A stretch of 64,000 nt of DNA from Gammaproteobacteria bacterium (GTDB taxonomy: Bacteria > Pseudomonadota > Gammaproteobacteria > Eutrophobiales > Eutrophobiaceae). The notes under the pieces are model-generated. The model was not told the origin of the DNA and searched no databases. It saw only the letters and a program-made list of their open reading frames with translations. The stretch spans positions 288,001 to 352,000 of the forward strand of contig CAXMWX010000001.1 of assembly GCA_963422205.2 (NCBI GenBank), read 5' to 3'. A program made the position numbers and the translations under genes. The number at the start of each line of letters is the position of its first letter. The stretch's first letter is position 1. Positions 19,155-29,448 of the stretch are shown piece by piece.

Positions 19155-19407
19155 GAAGCGTAGCACCCATCTGGTAGGGCTTAACTTCCTATGATCCAAA
19201 CAGGATAAAAATCCAGCCATGCCAGCGGCAGCGGGCTGTGCTGTAGCAAGGCCGGGCAGGACGGCAGAACCTCGCCGGCCTCTTCAGACATCCCCCCATC
19301 CGCCTGCTGGAACAACGCTACCGTGCTCATATCCTCTGTATCCCCTGACATCTGCCCCGTTATATTGCCTAAGACAGGCACAACACGCTGCAATATAATG
19401 GCGCACT

Positions 19408-20394
19408 ATGCGTATGCTGACCCAAGTCGGCCTGGTGGCCGGTCTGCTGTTGCTTATCGGCCTGCTGGCCTGGCAGGGTGTGCTGGATATTTTGGCGCTG
19501 CTGCTGGCCTCTGGCTGGTGGCTGCTGGCCCTGCCGTTTGTCTGGCTGCCCAGCCTGCTGGTCGCAACCCAGGGCTGGTTATGCGTGTTCCCCGAAGGTG
19601 CTGCCCCCCGTTATGTCCATGCACTGGTCGCTATGTGGGTAGGCCGGGCGGTCAACGATCTGCTGCCGGTTGCCACCATCGGCGGTGAGATCATCAAGGC
19701 ACGTATGTTGTTCATCAAGGGATATGCGGGGCTGGATGCAGCGGCCTCGGTGATGGTGGACAAGGCAGTACAGGCCCTGTCGGTGGCCTGCTGGGGCTGC
19801 ATCGGCGTGCTCGTATTGTTGATGATTTCACGCCACGCCGAACTGGCCGGTTATGCCGTTATCGGTTTTCTCATTTTGAGCATTTCGGCCATGATCTTCA
19901 TGCGTATGCAGCATCTGGGCATCTTGGGTGTGCTGGCAAAATCAGGCGGCCGGCTGATTAAAACCGATAGCTGGCGGGGATTGACCCTGAACGCACATCA
20001 GGTGGATGAGCGGATAAGGCAGCTCTATAGCCACCACCACCAGATCATCGGCTGCCTGCTGTTAAGAACCGCCTCGCTTGCACTGCAAACCCTGGAAGTC
20101 TGGCTGGCGTGCTATCTGTTAGGCCACCCCATCAGCCTGCCAGAAGCGGTCATGCTCAGGAGCCTGACCTCCACCTTGAGCGATATCGCCTTTATTATCC
20201 CCAATGCCTATGGCGTACAGGAAGGCGCTTTCATTATCATCGGCAGCATGATAGGGCTGAGTGCGGAGCTTGCTCTGGCGCTTTCCCTGTCGCTTCGAAT
20301 TCGTGATCTGTTGCTGGACCCGGCCGGGCTTATCTACCTGCAACACCTCGAAAGTCGGCGCTACCTTGCCCAAAAAAAACTGGCATCGGGCTGA
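19408..20394 (+). CDS. HpnL-like membrane protein (LPG-synthase TM / flippase-like family)
   Basis: Polytopic ORF with AVNDLLPVATIGGE and F.IPNAYGVQEG motifs. First gene of the hopanoid-associated cluster. Confidence 0.75.
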   Translation: MRMLTQVGLVAGLLLLIGLLAWQGVLDILALLLASGWWLLALPFVWLPSLLVATQGWLCVFPEGAAPRYVHALVAMWVGRAVNDLLPVATIGGEIIKARMLFIKGYAGLDAAASVMVDKAVQALSVACWGCIGVLVLLMISRHAELAGYAVIGFLILSISAMIFMRMQHLGILGVLAKSGGRLIKTDSWRGLTLNAHQVDERIRQLYSHHHQIIGCLLLRTASLALQTLEVWLACYLLGHPISLPEAVMLRSLTSTLSDIAFIIPNAYGVQEGAFIIIGSMIGLSAELALALSLSLRIRDLLLDPAGLIYLQHLESRRYLAQKKLASG

Positions 20395-20468
20395 ATTGGC
20401 CGGGCATGGTGGTGATTTTTTGCGTATCGTTCGCAGTTTGTCATGCTGCCGTAACATTATAAAATACC

Positions 20469-21554
20469 ATGATGGCTACAGAGAAGACCTCGCCAGCCAA
20501 TGACCTGACGCAGGCTGAAGACTACCAGAACAGAATTCTGCAGGGCGTATCACGTACCTTTGCGCTGACTATCCCGCAACTGCCGGGGCCGCTGGCTTCT
20601 GTGGTCGGTAATGCCTATCTGCTGTGCCGCATTGCAGATACGATCGAAGATGATAAAGACCTGGCCTTTGAACAAAAGCGAAAATATGCCGATCTGTTTA
20701 TCCGCATCGTTGAAGGCCATGCGGCGGCGGATGATTTTGCCTCGGAGCTATCGGCCGCCCTCTCGCCCGGCAACAATGCCGCCGAGTTGGATCTGATTCG
20801 GAACACAGCCACAATCATTCGCATGACGCATTCATTTAATCCGCACCAGCGCCATGCCATGCAACGGTGTATACGTATCATGGCCGATGGTATGGCGAAA
20901 TATCAGGAAAACAGGGTTCACAATGGATTACAAAACCAGGCGGATATGGACAGCTATTGTTATTATGTGGCCGGTGTGGTTGGCGAGATGCTGACTGAAT
21001 TGTTCTGCGACTATTCAGCGGAGATAAACAACAACCGCAAAGCACTGGCCCGCTTGTCCTTGTCCTTTGGGCAGGGGCTGCAAATGACAAACATTCTAAA
21101 AGACATCTGGGATGATCACCGCAGAGGCATGTGCTGGCTGCCCCGCTCGGTCTTTGAGCAACACGGCTCCGGCATTGATGCGCTGAGGAAGGGCAACAAG
21201 GATAAAAATTTTCAAGCGGCGCTGGGACATTTGATCGGCGTTGCACATACGCATTTGCAACAGGCCCTGGCCTATACGCTGCTGCTGCCAGGGCATGAAA
21301 CCGGTCTTCGAAAGTTCTGTCTTTATGCCCTGGGCATGGCCGTGCTGACCTTACGCAAGATAAACCAACATCGGGATTACAGCACGGGCGAGCAGGTGAA
21401 GATCTCCCGAAGCAGTGTCAAGGCAACGATGATCAGCATGAATGTACTGGTTAGACATGACTATCTCCTAAGACAACTTTTCCGTCTGGCTACCCGGTCG
21501 CTGCCTCGCACAGCCTTGGCCGGAGAGTATATGCCGGCTTTGCAACAAGAGTGA
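20469..21554 (+). CDS. Squalene synthase (farnesyl-diphosphate farnesyltransferase type)
   Basis: Motifs VSRTFALTI, YLLCRIADTIEDD, YCYYVAGVVGEML and GLQMTNILKD. Confidence 0.88.
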   Translation: MMATEKTSPANDLTQAEDYQNRILQGVSRTFALTIPQLPGPLASVVGNAYLLCRIADTIEDDKDLAFEQKRKYADLFIRIVEGHAAADDFASELSAALSPGNNAAELDLIRNTATIIRMTHSFNPHQRHAMQRCIRIMADGMAKYQENRVHNGLQNQADMDSYCYYVAGVVGEMLTELFCDYSAEINNNRKALARLSLSFGQGLQMTNILKDIWDDHRRGMCWLPRSVFEQHGSGIDALRKGNKDKNFQAALGHLIGVAHTHLQQALAYTLLLPGHETGLRKFCLYALGMAVLTLRKINQHRDYSTGEQVKISRSSVKATMISMNVLVRHDYLLRQLFRLATRSLPRTALAGEYMPALQQE

Positions 21555-21561
21555 ACACACG

Positions 21562-22269
21562 GTGACCCGGCTTGGCATTATCTGTGCGCTAAAACAAGAG
21601 GCCAAGGTCTTCATCAGCGGTCAATTAACTGCACAAACACTGCTGCCGGTTGATGAGAAGATCATCGTCATCTTATCGGGCATGGGTTTGGATAACGCAG
21701 AACAGATGGCATACAAATTAGTTGCACAAAACATTCAGTGTCTGATCAGCTTCGGCACAGCCGGCGGTTTGTCAGAGGCCCTGAAGGCGGGCGATATTTG
21801 CATCCCTGAGACAGTCAAAGATGACAGGCAATATGCAGCCCGTATCGACAATGCCTATCGGCAGCGATTGATAACCTCACTCATACATGCACAGCATCCC
21901 GTCCACACCGGCCCGTTGTTAAGCATGGGCAACATGATGGTAAGCTGCCGTGAAAAACAACAAACATACGCCCGCTATCAATGCGATCTCGTGGATATGG
22001 AATCGGCCGCTATCGTTCGCATCGCCGCCATACATCATCTCCCGGCATTGGTCATACGGTGTATTATTGATACGGCAGATACCTGCATTCCGGCATCGGT
22101 GTTGCAGCGCACAGGCAGCTTCGGGGATGTCAATCTGCCACGACTGGCAGCAGATCTGATACACCACCCCGCAGATATCATAAAATTAATCCAGCTTGCC
22201 TCGGCCTTTAAAAAAACCCGGCGCTGCCTGCAACTGCTTGGCAGACACACCGTGGCGCTGGCGGCCTGA
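21562..22269 (+). CDS. hpnG: Hopanoid-associated nucleoside phosphorylase
   Basis: PNP/UDP-family motifs SGMG, LISFGTAGGL and VDMES, plus gene context. Confidence 0.75.
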   Translation: MTRLGIICALKQEAKVFISGQLTAQTLLPVDEKIIVILSGMGLDNAEQMAYKLVAQNIQCLISFGTAGGLSEALKAGDICIPETVKDDRQYAARIDNAYRQRLITSLIHAQHPVHTGPLLSMGNMMVSCREKQQTYARYQCDLVDMESAAIVRIAAIHHLPALVIRCIIDTADTCIPASVLQRTGSFGDVNLPRLAADLIHHPADIIKLIQLASAFKKTRRCLQLLGRHTVALAA

Positions 22270-22313
22270 AGTCATCGTCACTCCACGGCAATTAGCACGA
22301 TGCTGATGCAAAC

Positions 22314-24938
22314 ATGAACAACGGCAAAAAATTCGGTGTGCAGTTATTGTCCGTTTGGGTTGGATCGGTACAACGCCACAGCCTGGCTGTCTTGATCACC
22401 GCCACGGTCCTCGCCGGCCTCTGCCTTAACTATACGATGAATAATCTGGGCATGAACACCGACACCCTGGACATGCTGTCGAGCGATCTGCCCTGGCGCC
22501 AACTGGACAATCAGTACAAAAAAACCTTCCCCCAATACCGGGACCGCCTGGTCATTGTGATCGAAGCCCCTACCCCGGATCAGGCCAGCGATGCGGCGGA
22601 CTTTCTGCATCAACAGTTGCTGACCCGGGATGAGCTCTATGATGATATGTTCTACAAAGGGGCATTGCCCCCCTTCACAGACTCTGCCCTGCTATATCTT
22701 GGGCAGGACGAACTGGAGCAACTGGCCGATGATCTGGCGCACATTCAACCCTTCCTGGCCCGGCTGACCGAGAACCCGACTCTGGCCGGCCTGTTCGCCA
22801 TGCTAAGGCAGATCATCAATGCCATGGAGGAAGATGAATCGATCGAGATCACGCCGCTGCTGAACGCAATAAACACCAGCCTGGCCGCCAGCGAGACTGA
22901 TCCCGGCCACCGCCTGTCCTGGCAGGCATTGATGACGCCGGGCGGGGCTGAGAAAAGTCGCTACCGAGAATTTATCCTGCTAAAGTCTGCCCTTGATTAC
23001 AGCAGCCTGATGCCTGCTGATGACATCATCAAGGCCATTGGACGCCTGCGAGCAGAGACAAAATTGGAAGAGCGATACGGAGTCAAGCTGCGTGTTACCG
23101 GCGGCGTGGCATTACAACATGAAGAACTGCTTGCTGTCACGGAAGGCACCCAACTGGCCATGGGCCTCGCCCTGCTCATGGTGACCTGCATCCTGTTACT
23201 GGGGTTGCGCTCCGTCAGGCTGCTGCTGTTTACGATCTTCAGCCTGCTGATCGGGCTCATCGTCACCGCCGCATTTGCCACACTGACTGTAGGCCAGTTA
23301 AACCTCATCTCGGTGGCCTTTACCGTGCTTTATATTGGCCTGGGGGTCGATTTCGCGATCCACTTTTGCCTGCGTTATCAGGAACATATACGCCACCAGG
23401 CCAGCAATGAGGCGGCATTGACGGAAACGGCGACCCACATAGGAAGTTCGCTGTTTATTTGTGCATTGAGTACCGCCGTGGGTTTTTTCTCCTTTATGCC
23501 GACAGACTACCAGGGAGTTGCCGAGTTAGGCTGGATCGCTGGCTTCGGCATGTTTTTCAGTTTTCTCTTTACCCTGACCCTGCTGCCTGCCTTGCTCACA
23601 TTATTCCCCTTAAAAATGCAGCCTACCCATCATCGCCCGCCATCCCCGCTGCCGGGAAGGCTTGGCAACTTCCCCGGTCGCCACAGTAAACCGATCATCG
23701 CCGTCACCAGCCTGTTGCTCATCGCTGCCCTGATCATGGTCACCGATATCCGCTTTGATCCCAACACCCTGAACCTGCAGGACCCGAACAGTGAATCGCT
23801 CAAGGCCTACCGAGACCTGCTGGCTGATAAATCGACCTCGCCCTGGACGGCGATCGCCCTGGCGCAGGATCGGGCGGAAGCCGAGGCCATGATCGCCGCA
23901 CTCTCCAGCTTGGACACAGTGGATAAAAGCCGGTACCTCCATGACTTCATCCCCGCCATGCAGGATGAGAAGCTGGCTATCATTGATGAACTGGGGCTGT
24001 TGCTCGGTGAGCTGGACATGACAGAAAATACCGCCACTGCCGATCCTGCAAAAGACCGGGCGGCTATTGATGCGTTGCTGGCAACACTGGCAGGCACTGA
24101 CAGGGCGATACAAAGCCCGGCGCTGATGAGCCAACTGATGACCTTGCAAACCCACCTGAGACGCCTGCAACAGGCAGATGACAGCCGATTGACGCTGCTA
24201 AAGAAAAGCCTGCTGGATACACTGCCGGGGCGGATTAAGGCACTCAAGCGCTCGCTTGATGCCGATTATATCACCCTGGAGACGCTGCCCGCCGCATTAC
24301 GCAAACGCTGGCTAAGTGATGATGGGCATTACCGTATCGAGATTTTTCCCCGCAACGACCTGCAAGATGGGCGGGCGATGCGGGAATTTGTGGAGAGAAT
24401 ACAGGCCGTCAACCCCCAGGTAACGGGCTCACCTGTGGTCAAACTGCACGCCAGTGATTCTGTCGCCATGTCTTTCAAGCAGGCTTTTTTGTATGCCCTC
24501 ATCGTCATCACCCTGATACTGTTGCTGCTGTGTCGGCAAAAGACAGATGTTATCTTTATCCTGGCGCCGATGCTCATGGCCGCCGTCTTTACTGCCGCCA
24601 TCACGACGCTTCTGGGTATGCCGTTGAACTTTGCCAATGTCATCGCCCTGCCGTTATTGCTCGGCATCGGGGTAGATAGCGGGATCCATATCATGCACCG
24701 CTTTCGTACCGACCTGCCTGCCGATGGCAATATATTACACAGCAGCACGGCCCGCGGCGTGTTTATCAGCGCCTTAACGACGATGGTCGGTATCGGCAAT
24801 CTGGCCATATCACCCCATGCCGGCACAGCCAGCATGGGAATTTTACTCGCCTGCGGGATAGGCATGACGATGTTATGTATGCTGGTGGTATTGCCGGCCT
24901 TGCTTTCCTTGACAGGCCGGCAAACGGTAAAGACATGA
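22314..24938 (+). CDS. hpnN: Hopanoid-associated RND/MMPL transporter
   Basis: 874 aa. Motifs LNLISVAF.VL.IGLGVDFAIH, AQPFL..L and NFANVIALPLLLGIGVD. Confidence 0.9.
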   Translation: MNNGKKFGVQLLSVWVGSVQRHSLAVLITATVLAGLCLNYTMNNLGMNTDTLDMLSSDLPWRQLDNQYKKTFPQYRDRLVIVIEAPTPDQASDAADFLHQQLLTRDELYDDMFYKGALPPFTDSALLYLGQDELEQLADDLAHIQPFLARLTENPTLAGLFAMLRQIINAMEEDESIEITPLLNAINTSLAASETDPGHRLSWQALMTPGGAEKSRYREFILLKSALDYSSLMPADDIIKAIGRLRAETKLEERYGVKLRVTGGVALQHEELLAVTEGTQLAMGLALLMVTCILLLGLRSVRLLLFTIFSLLIGLIVTAAFATLTVGQLNLISVAFTVLYIGLGVDFAIHFCLRYQEHIRHQASNEAALTETATHIGSSLFICALSTAVGFFSFMPTDYQGVAELGWIAGFGMFFSFLFTLTLLPALLTLFPLKMQPTHHRPPSPLPGRLGNFPGRHSKPIIAVTSLLLIAALIMVTDIRFDPNTLNLQDPNSESLKAYRDLLADKSTSPWTAIALAQDRAEAEAMIAALSSLDTVDKSRYLHDFIPAMQDEKLAIIDELGLLLGELDMTENTATADPAKDRAAIDALLATLAGTDRAIQSPALMSQLMTLQTHLRRLQQADDSRLTLLKKSLLDTLPGRIKALKRSLDADYITLETLPAALRKRWLSDDGHYRIEIFPRNDLQDGRAMREFVERIQAVNPQVTGSPVVKLHASDSVAMSFKQAFLYALIVITLILLLLCRQKTDVIFILAPMLMAAVFTAAITTLLGMPLNFANVIALPLLLGIGVDSGIHIMHRFRTDLPADGNILHSSTARGVFISALTTMVGIGNLAISPHAGTASMGILLACGIGMTMLCMLVVLPALLSLTGRQTVKT

Positions 24939-25555
24939 AACCGGGCAAACCCCGCAGGAAAGCATTAGATGCACATCTGGCCTGCCTGCTGGTGTATCCG
25001 CTGCGTCATACCCGAATAACGCCGAACCATCTGACGACTTTGCGACTGGGCTTTGGGCTGGCAGCCGCAGGGCTGATCGCCCAGGGCACGTATCTGTTGA
25101 TCAACTTAGGTGCCTTGTGTTTTGTATTCTCATTTTTTCTTGACCACACCGATGGCGAACTCGCCCGCCTGACCGGCCGGATGAGCCAATTCGGCCACGC
25201 CTATGATCTGTTGAGCGATCTGCTGATCAACACGCTCTTGTTCATCAGCATCGGCATTGGCCTGATGCGTACTGGTATGGAACATGCGGCGGGCATGGGG
25301 CTGCTGGCCGGGCTCTCGGTGCTGCTGGCCGTTATTTATCACGACCGGCTGGTGCAACTGTCCGCCGAAGCCAAAGACAACACCGCCGCCAGCGGCCAGT
25401 ATGTTGAACTTGAAGACATCTTGTATCTGTTTCCATTGATTACCTTGTTCGATCAACTGCCGCTGTTCCTTGCAGCCGCTGCCATCGGTGCACCGCTCTT
25501 CGCCCTGTGGGTATTGGCACGATGCTTCATCTTCACGCCGGGGAAAACCAAATGA
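24935..25555 (+). CDS. CDP-alcohol phosphatidyltransferase family protein
   Basis: ITPNHLT plus signature LDHTDGELARLTG..S.FG..YD..SD. ATGA overlaps with both hpnN and hpnA. Confidence 0.85.
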   Translation: MKPGKPRRKALDAHLACLLVYPLRHTRITPNHLTTLRLGFGLAAAGLIAQGTYLLINLGALCFVFSFFLDHTDGELARLTGRMSQFGHAYDLLSDLLINTLLFISIGIGLMRTGMEHAAGMGLLAGLSVLLAVIYHDRLVQLSAEAKDNTAASGQYVELEDILYLFPLITLFDQLPLFLAAAAIGAPLFALWVLARCFIFTPGKTK

Positions 25556-26547
25556 CGACACTGGTGACCGGTGCCAGCGGTTTTGTTGGTTCAGCCATCG
25601 TCAGGGCGCTGCTCAATGCTGGCCATCGGGTGCGTATATTGCTTCGGCCCGGGAGCGATCACAGGAATATCAAGGCGCTTGATGTGGAACCCGTATACGG
25701 CGATTTGACCGATGCGGAGTCGCTGAAAAAAGCGGTTTCAGCCTGTCGCTATCTGCTGCACGCTGCCGCTGACTACCGCCTGTGGATACCTGATCCAAAA
25801 AACATGTACCGCATCAATGTCGATGGCACGGCGAATTTGATCCGCCTCGCAACCGCAGCCGGGGTAGAGAAAATTGTCTATACCAGCAGTGTCGCCACAT
25901 TGGGCATACATGCAGACCGAACACCGGCTGATGAGACCACCCCGGCTGCCCTGTCGGCGATGGTCGGTCACTACAAGCGCTCCAAATTTCTGGCCGAAGA
26001 ACGCATAGGCCAGTTGATCGGCGAGCAGGGCTGCCCGGTGACGATCGTCAATCCCTCCACACCGATTGGCCCCCGGGACATCAAGCCCACCCCCACCGGT
26101 CGCATCATCGTCGATATGTTAAATCAAAAGCTCCCCGCTTATGTGGATACGGGTTTAAATATTGTTCACGTTGATGACGTTGCCGCCGGGCATCTGCTGG
26201 CACTTGAAAAAGGCCAGACAGGCGAGCGCTATATCCTCGGTGGTGAGGATATGAGCTTGCAGCAGATCCTGGCAACGATTGCCGACCTGGCCGGTATGCG
26301 CCCCCCTAAAATCCGCCTGCCTCATCACCTGGTCATGCCGGTCGCCTGGCTCAGCGAGCGGTTGGCAAAAGTCACCGGGAAAGAACCGCTGGCCACCGTT
26401 GATGGGGTCAGGATGGCAAAGAAATACATGTACTTCTCCAGCGCAAAAGCTGTTGATTTACTGGCCTACCGTTACCGCCCGGCACGGCAAGCCATCAGCG
26501 ATGCGATTAACTGGTTCATCATGCACGGCTATGTGGCGGGCAGATGA
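25552..26547 (+). CDS. hpnA: Hopanoid-associated NAD-dependent epimerase/dehydratase
   Basis: Motifs TGASGFVG, AADYRLW, YKRSK and NPSTPIGPRDIKPTPTG. Confidence 0.92.
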   Translation: MTTLVTGASGFVGSAIVRALLNAGHRVRILLRPGSDHRNIKALDVEPVYGDLTDAESLKKAVSACRYLLHAAADYRLWIPDPKNMYRINVDGTANLIRLATAAGVEKIVYTSSVATLGIHADRTPADETTPAALSAMVGHYKRSKFLAEERIGQLIGEQGCPVTIVNPSTPIGPRDIKPTPTGRIIVDMLNQKLPAYVDTGLNIVHVDDVAAGHLLALEKGQTGERYILGGEDMSLQQILATIADLAGMRPPKIRLPHHLVMPVAWLSERLAKVTGKEPLATVDGVRMAKKYMYFSSAKAVDLLAYRYRPARQAISDAINWFIMHGYVAGR

Positions 26548-26561
26548 CACCCAGGCAACGT

Positions 26562-27632
26562 TCAGGGATGGCTTCTCTCAAGCAGCCAGTGCGCGATCAG
26601 CGGCGCTAGCTTGCTTTGGCTGGTACGGCTTACATACAGGCCGATATGACCACAGTCAAGTTCCACTTCAGTGTAATCCTGGCTGCTGATGCAACCCGCC
26701 AGGGCCTTAGCTGAGTCCACCGGCACAATGTGATCAGTCCTGGCATAGATATTCAACACAGGCAGGGTCAGCGTTTGCAAATCAACAGTATGCCGGGCTA
26801 ACTGCAACTCGCCCTTGATCAGGAGATTTTGTTGATAAAAATATTCGATGAACTCCTGATACGCCCGACCCACCTGATCCGGGCTATCGAAGATCCACTT
26901 CTCCATACGCATAAAGTTTTTGATCTTCCCGGCATCCTCAACCACCTCAAGCAGATCAAAATATTTTCTATCCAGTAACTGATACGGCTTTAGCATAAGG
27001 AAGGTCCAGTTCAGAAACTCGCCCGGGATGTTGCCCATGGCCTCAACGCTGAGTTCAGCATCGACATACTGCACCAGATGGCTGAGCAAATCCTTGTCGG
27101 TCTTAAAATCAACCGGCGTTACCGTGGTCATGAGATTCGCAATCTTGTGCTGGTGCAGGCTGCTGTAGCACAGGCTCAAGGTGCCGCCCTGGCAAATACC
27201 GAGCAGGTTTATCCTGCTGGTGTTGTGTTGGTGTCTGATAAAATCAACCGCCCGGTCAAGGTAGCCGTTGACATAATCATTCAAGCCAAGCGCCTGATCA
27301 GCGGCATCTGGATAACCCCAGTCAAGCAGGTAAATCTCCAGCCCCTGGTGCAGCAGGCTTTCTATCAGGGAGCGGCCGGTCTCCAGATCGACCATATACG
27401 GCCTGTTGACCAGGGCATAAACGATCATGACAGGCGGCACCTCTGCCAGCCGTCTCTCCGGTTGATAGCGATACAGACACACCTTGTCCTGTGCAAACAC
27501 CTGCTCTTTCTCAGAAGCCCCCACATCCAGCGCTGAAATCTCTGCCAGGGCCTGGAAGCCGGCGGCAATTTTCTTATTTATCTGCTCCAGTTCTGACTGA
27601 ATCGCATGGCGATGGAAATTAAACCTGCTCAT
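26562..27632 (-). CDS. phaC: Class III PHA synthase subunit PhaC
   Basis: Motifs YALVNRPYMVDL, GICQGG lipase box, MEKWIFDSPDQ and GHIG. 356 aa. Confidence 0.93.
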   Translation of the reverse strand: MSRFNFHRHAIQSELEQINKKIAAGFQALAEISALDVGASEKEQVFAQDKVCLYRYQPERRLAEVPPVMIVYALVNRPYMVDLETGRSLIESLLHQGLEIYLLDWGYPDAADQALGLNDYVNGYLDRAVDFIRHQHNTSRINLLGICQGGTLSLCYSSLHQHKIANLMTTVTPVDFKTDKDLLSHLVQYVDAELSVEAMGNIPGEFLNWTFLMLKPYQLLDRKYFDLLEVVEDAGKIKNFMRMEKWIFDSPDQVGRAYQEFIEYFYQQNLLIKGELQLARHTVDLQTLTLPVLNIYARTDHIVPVDSAKALAGCISSQDYTEVELDCGHIGLYVSRTSQSKLAPLIAHWLLERSHP

Positions 27633-28690
27633 CAGCCTTTATCCTGCTCATCGGCCAGATGACTGCCGGATGTCTGCATAAAATTTTTCAACTCATCAAG
27701 CTCGCTGGTTAAATCATCAATATCAAGCTGATTTGCCGTTGATGCGTGTTCGGGTGGCTGAGGGTCTGCTTCCGCTGCGTCCTGTTGTTCGAGCAAAGAT
27801 GCCGGCTTGATCTGATCGGCAGCCGTAAATAACTTGGCCGCATCTTCTGATAACTGGTTCAGTTCTCTCTTCAGGCGCATAAAACTGTTGATCATGGCCG
27901 CAAACGCCTTTGCATGCTGATCGGTAAAGACGATTTCCTGGTAGGCATGTGCATGACAGTCAATCCAGAGATGGTAGAGCGTCTTGACACGCTCAATCTG
28001 CCCGTCTGATGTGAATAACTCAACCAGTGCCTGCCTGAATTTCTGCACAGCAAGCCGGCCTGCCCCGGTCAGGCTGGCCTCATAGGCAGTAAATGCCCGG
28101 CTGTATTCCCGCCATAAATCAAGCAATGTATGCAGCTCATCCATGACTTGCCCGCTGATGGTCTTGTGGTTGGTCAGCTCTGCCAGTTGTCGCTCAAAAT
28201 CCTGATCAAGATCATGCACGCATACCGAATGGACAAATTCCTGCCAGTAATTCTGCAACGGATGGATTGCACAGGCAAAACCGAGATGCCACATCACCCC
28301 CTGGTTGAGGGGCTGCCATTGCTGTGCCATGTAGTCGCAGAATTGATCAACCGCCGAGTCGATAGTGGGCTGTTCCTGCCGCTTCAGGTCATGAAAAAAT
28401 TTCCCGACATGCTGATAAAAGGCGTTGACTTTATCAGACTGCAACAGCAAATTGCTGAAAACCGGAAAAGCCTCACGCGTGAAAACCGCCGCCGCGGCCT
28501 GATTAAGCTGCTGAAAAAAAATCGACTCTGGCTGACTGGCAGGCTGGTCCTGTGCCTGTAGTGTCACGAAGTATTGATTAACCGCATTCAGATACTGCGT
28601 CTGCGCCTTCAGGGCTTCAGAGGACCAGGCGTTGTTATCATCGAACTGCATGTCTCTAGGCTGCCAGGCCGGTTTTGCATGGCAGATCAT
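27632..28690 (-). CDS. phaE: Class III PHA synthase subunit PhaE
   Basis: C-terminal LYHLWIDC..AY..FT....INSFMRLK motif, coupled to phaC. Start uncertain. Confidence 0.75.
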   Translation of the reverse strand: MICHAKPAWQPRDMQFDDNNAWSSEALKAQTQYLNAVNQYFVTLQAQDQPASQPESIFFQQLNQAAAAVFTREAFPVFSNLLLQSDKVNAFYQHVGKFFHDLKRQEQPTIDSAVDQFCDYMAQQWQPLNQGVMWHLGFACAIHPLQNYWQEFVHSVCVHDLDQDFERQLAELTNHKTISGQVMDELHTLLDLWREYSRAFTAYEASLTGAGRLAVQKFRQALVELFTSDGQIERVKTLYHLWIDCHAHAYQEIVFTDQHAKAFAAMINSFMRLKRELNQLSEDAAKLFTAADQIKPASLLEQQDAAEADPQPPEHASTANQLDIDDLTSELDELKNFMQTSGSHLADEQDKG

Positions 28691-28859
28691 CGGCCACGGT
28701 GAAATCCCTCAAATCAACAGGGTGAAGGGACAGTATACCCCTTAAATAGCGGCCGTTATGAATAGGCACAAAACGGCCACGGCCTGCAACAAGATGCCGA
28801 CAATGGCGAGGCAGCCGCCCGCCGGATAACAGATTCCGGCGAGCAGATTCAACCAATCG

Positions 28860-29288
28860 CTATGCCGGTCTCCTCGCCGCCCTGCTTTTTGCCGTTTTCT
28901 TCCGGGTTTTTTTGACCGGCTGATCAACGGCTGCCGGGGTTGCTGGCGCTGTTGCTGGTGATGCTTCGGCCGGCCCCGGCAGGATATCCTGATAACCTGT
29001 GGTCACCGTCTGCAACCACGCCTGGCCGATGCGGCTGGCCTTGCTCTGGTATTGCTGCATCAAGTCCGTCTCTGCCACAAAAAAATCCTGGCTGCTTGCC
29101 GGGTCGGTCAACAACTTGAACTGCTCTATGCCCGTATCGACATGCAGCGTCATCAGCTCCCAGTGCAACCGCCCCAGATGATCGCATGTGTTGATATGGG
29201 CGGCGTTGAACGCCGTCATGGACGTGATTGCCGGGGAATCCGCTGCGGACAGGTGGGGGACAAGGTTTGAATAAAGTTCTGTATACAT
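28860..29288 (-). CDS. Phasin-like protein with Ala/Pro/Lys-rich tail
   Basis: Helical protein with a histone-like tail (KKTRKKTAKSRAARR), upstream of phaE. Confidence 0.55.
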   Translation of the reverse strand: MYTELYSNLVPHLSAADSPAITSMTAFNAAHINTCDHLGRLHWELMTLHVDTGIEQFKLLTDPASSQDFFVAETDLMQQYQSKASRIGQAWLQTVTTGYQDILPGPAEASPATAPATPAAVDQPVKKTRKKTAKSRAARRPA

Positions 29289-29448
29289 GGTCAGTCTGCC
29301 GATAATGATTGTGCAGCGCACAATAATCTATTCGAAAGGGGCTGTCAAACCCGCTGGCAGGGTTTATGCGGGTTGGATGTGCCGGGATTTCATGCCGTGC
29401 TGTCTTCGGTATACTTGATTATCCGTTCAACCTCAACGCCCGTGGTGC

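Larger units (their letters stand above)
18484..19170 (-). mobile_element. IS1595-family (IS1016-like) transposase remnant
   Basis: Motifs VEVDES.FG, GKRGRGA..KT.VFGLL.R, VLHSEDWR and HIHGMEPFWAY..AK.RL. Catalytic motifs are degraded and the 5' end is frameshifted. Element boundaries uncertain. Confidence 0.85.

Noticed and set aside
26562-29288. phaC/phaE/phasin as a novelty
   Set aside because: Standard class III PHA arrangement.
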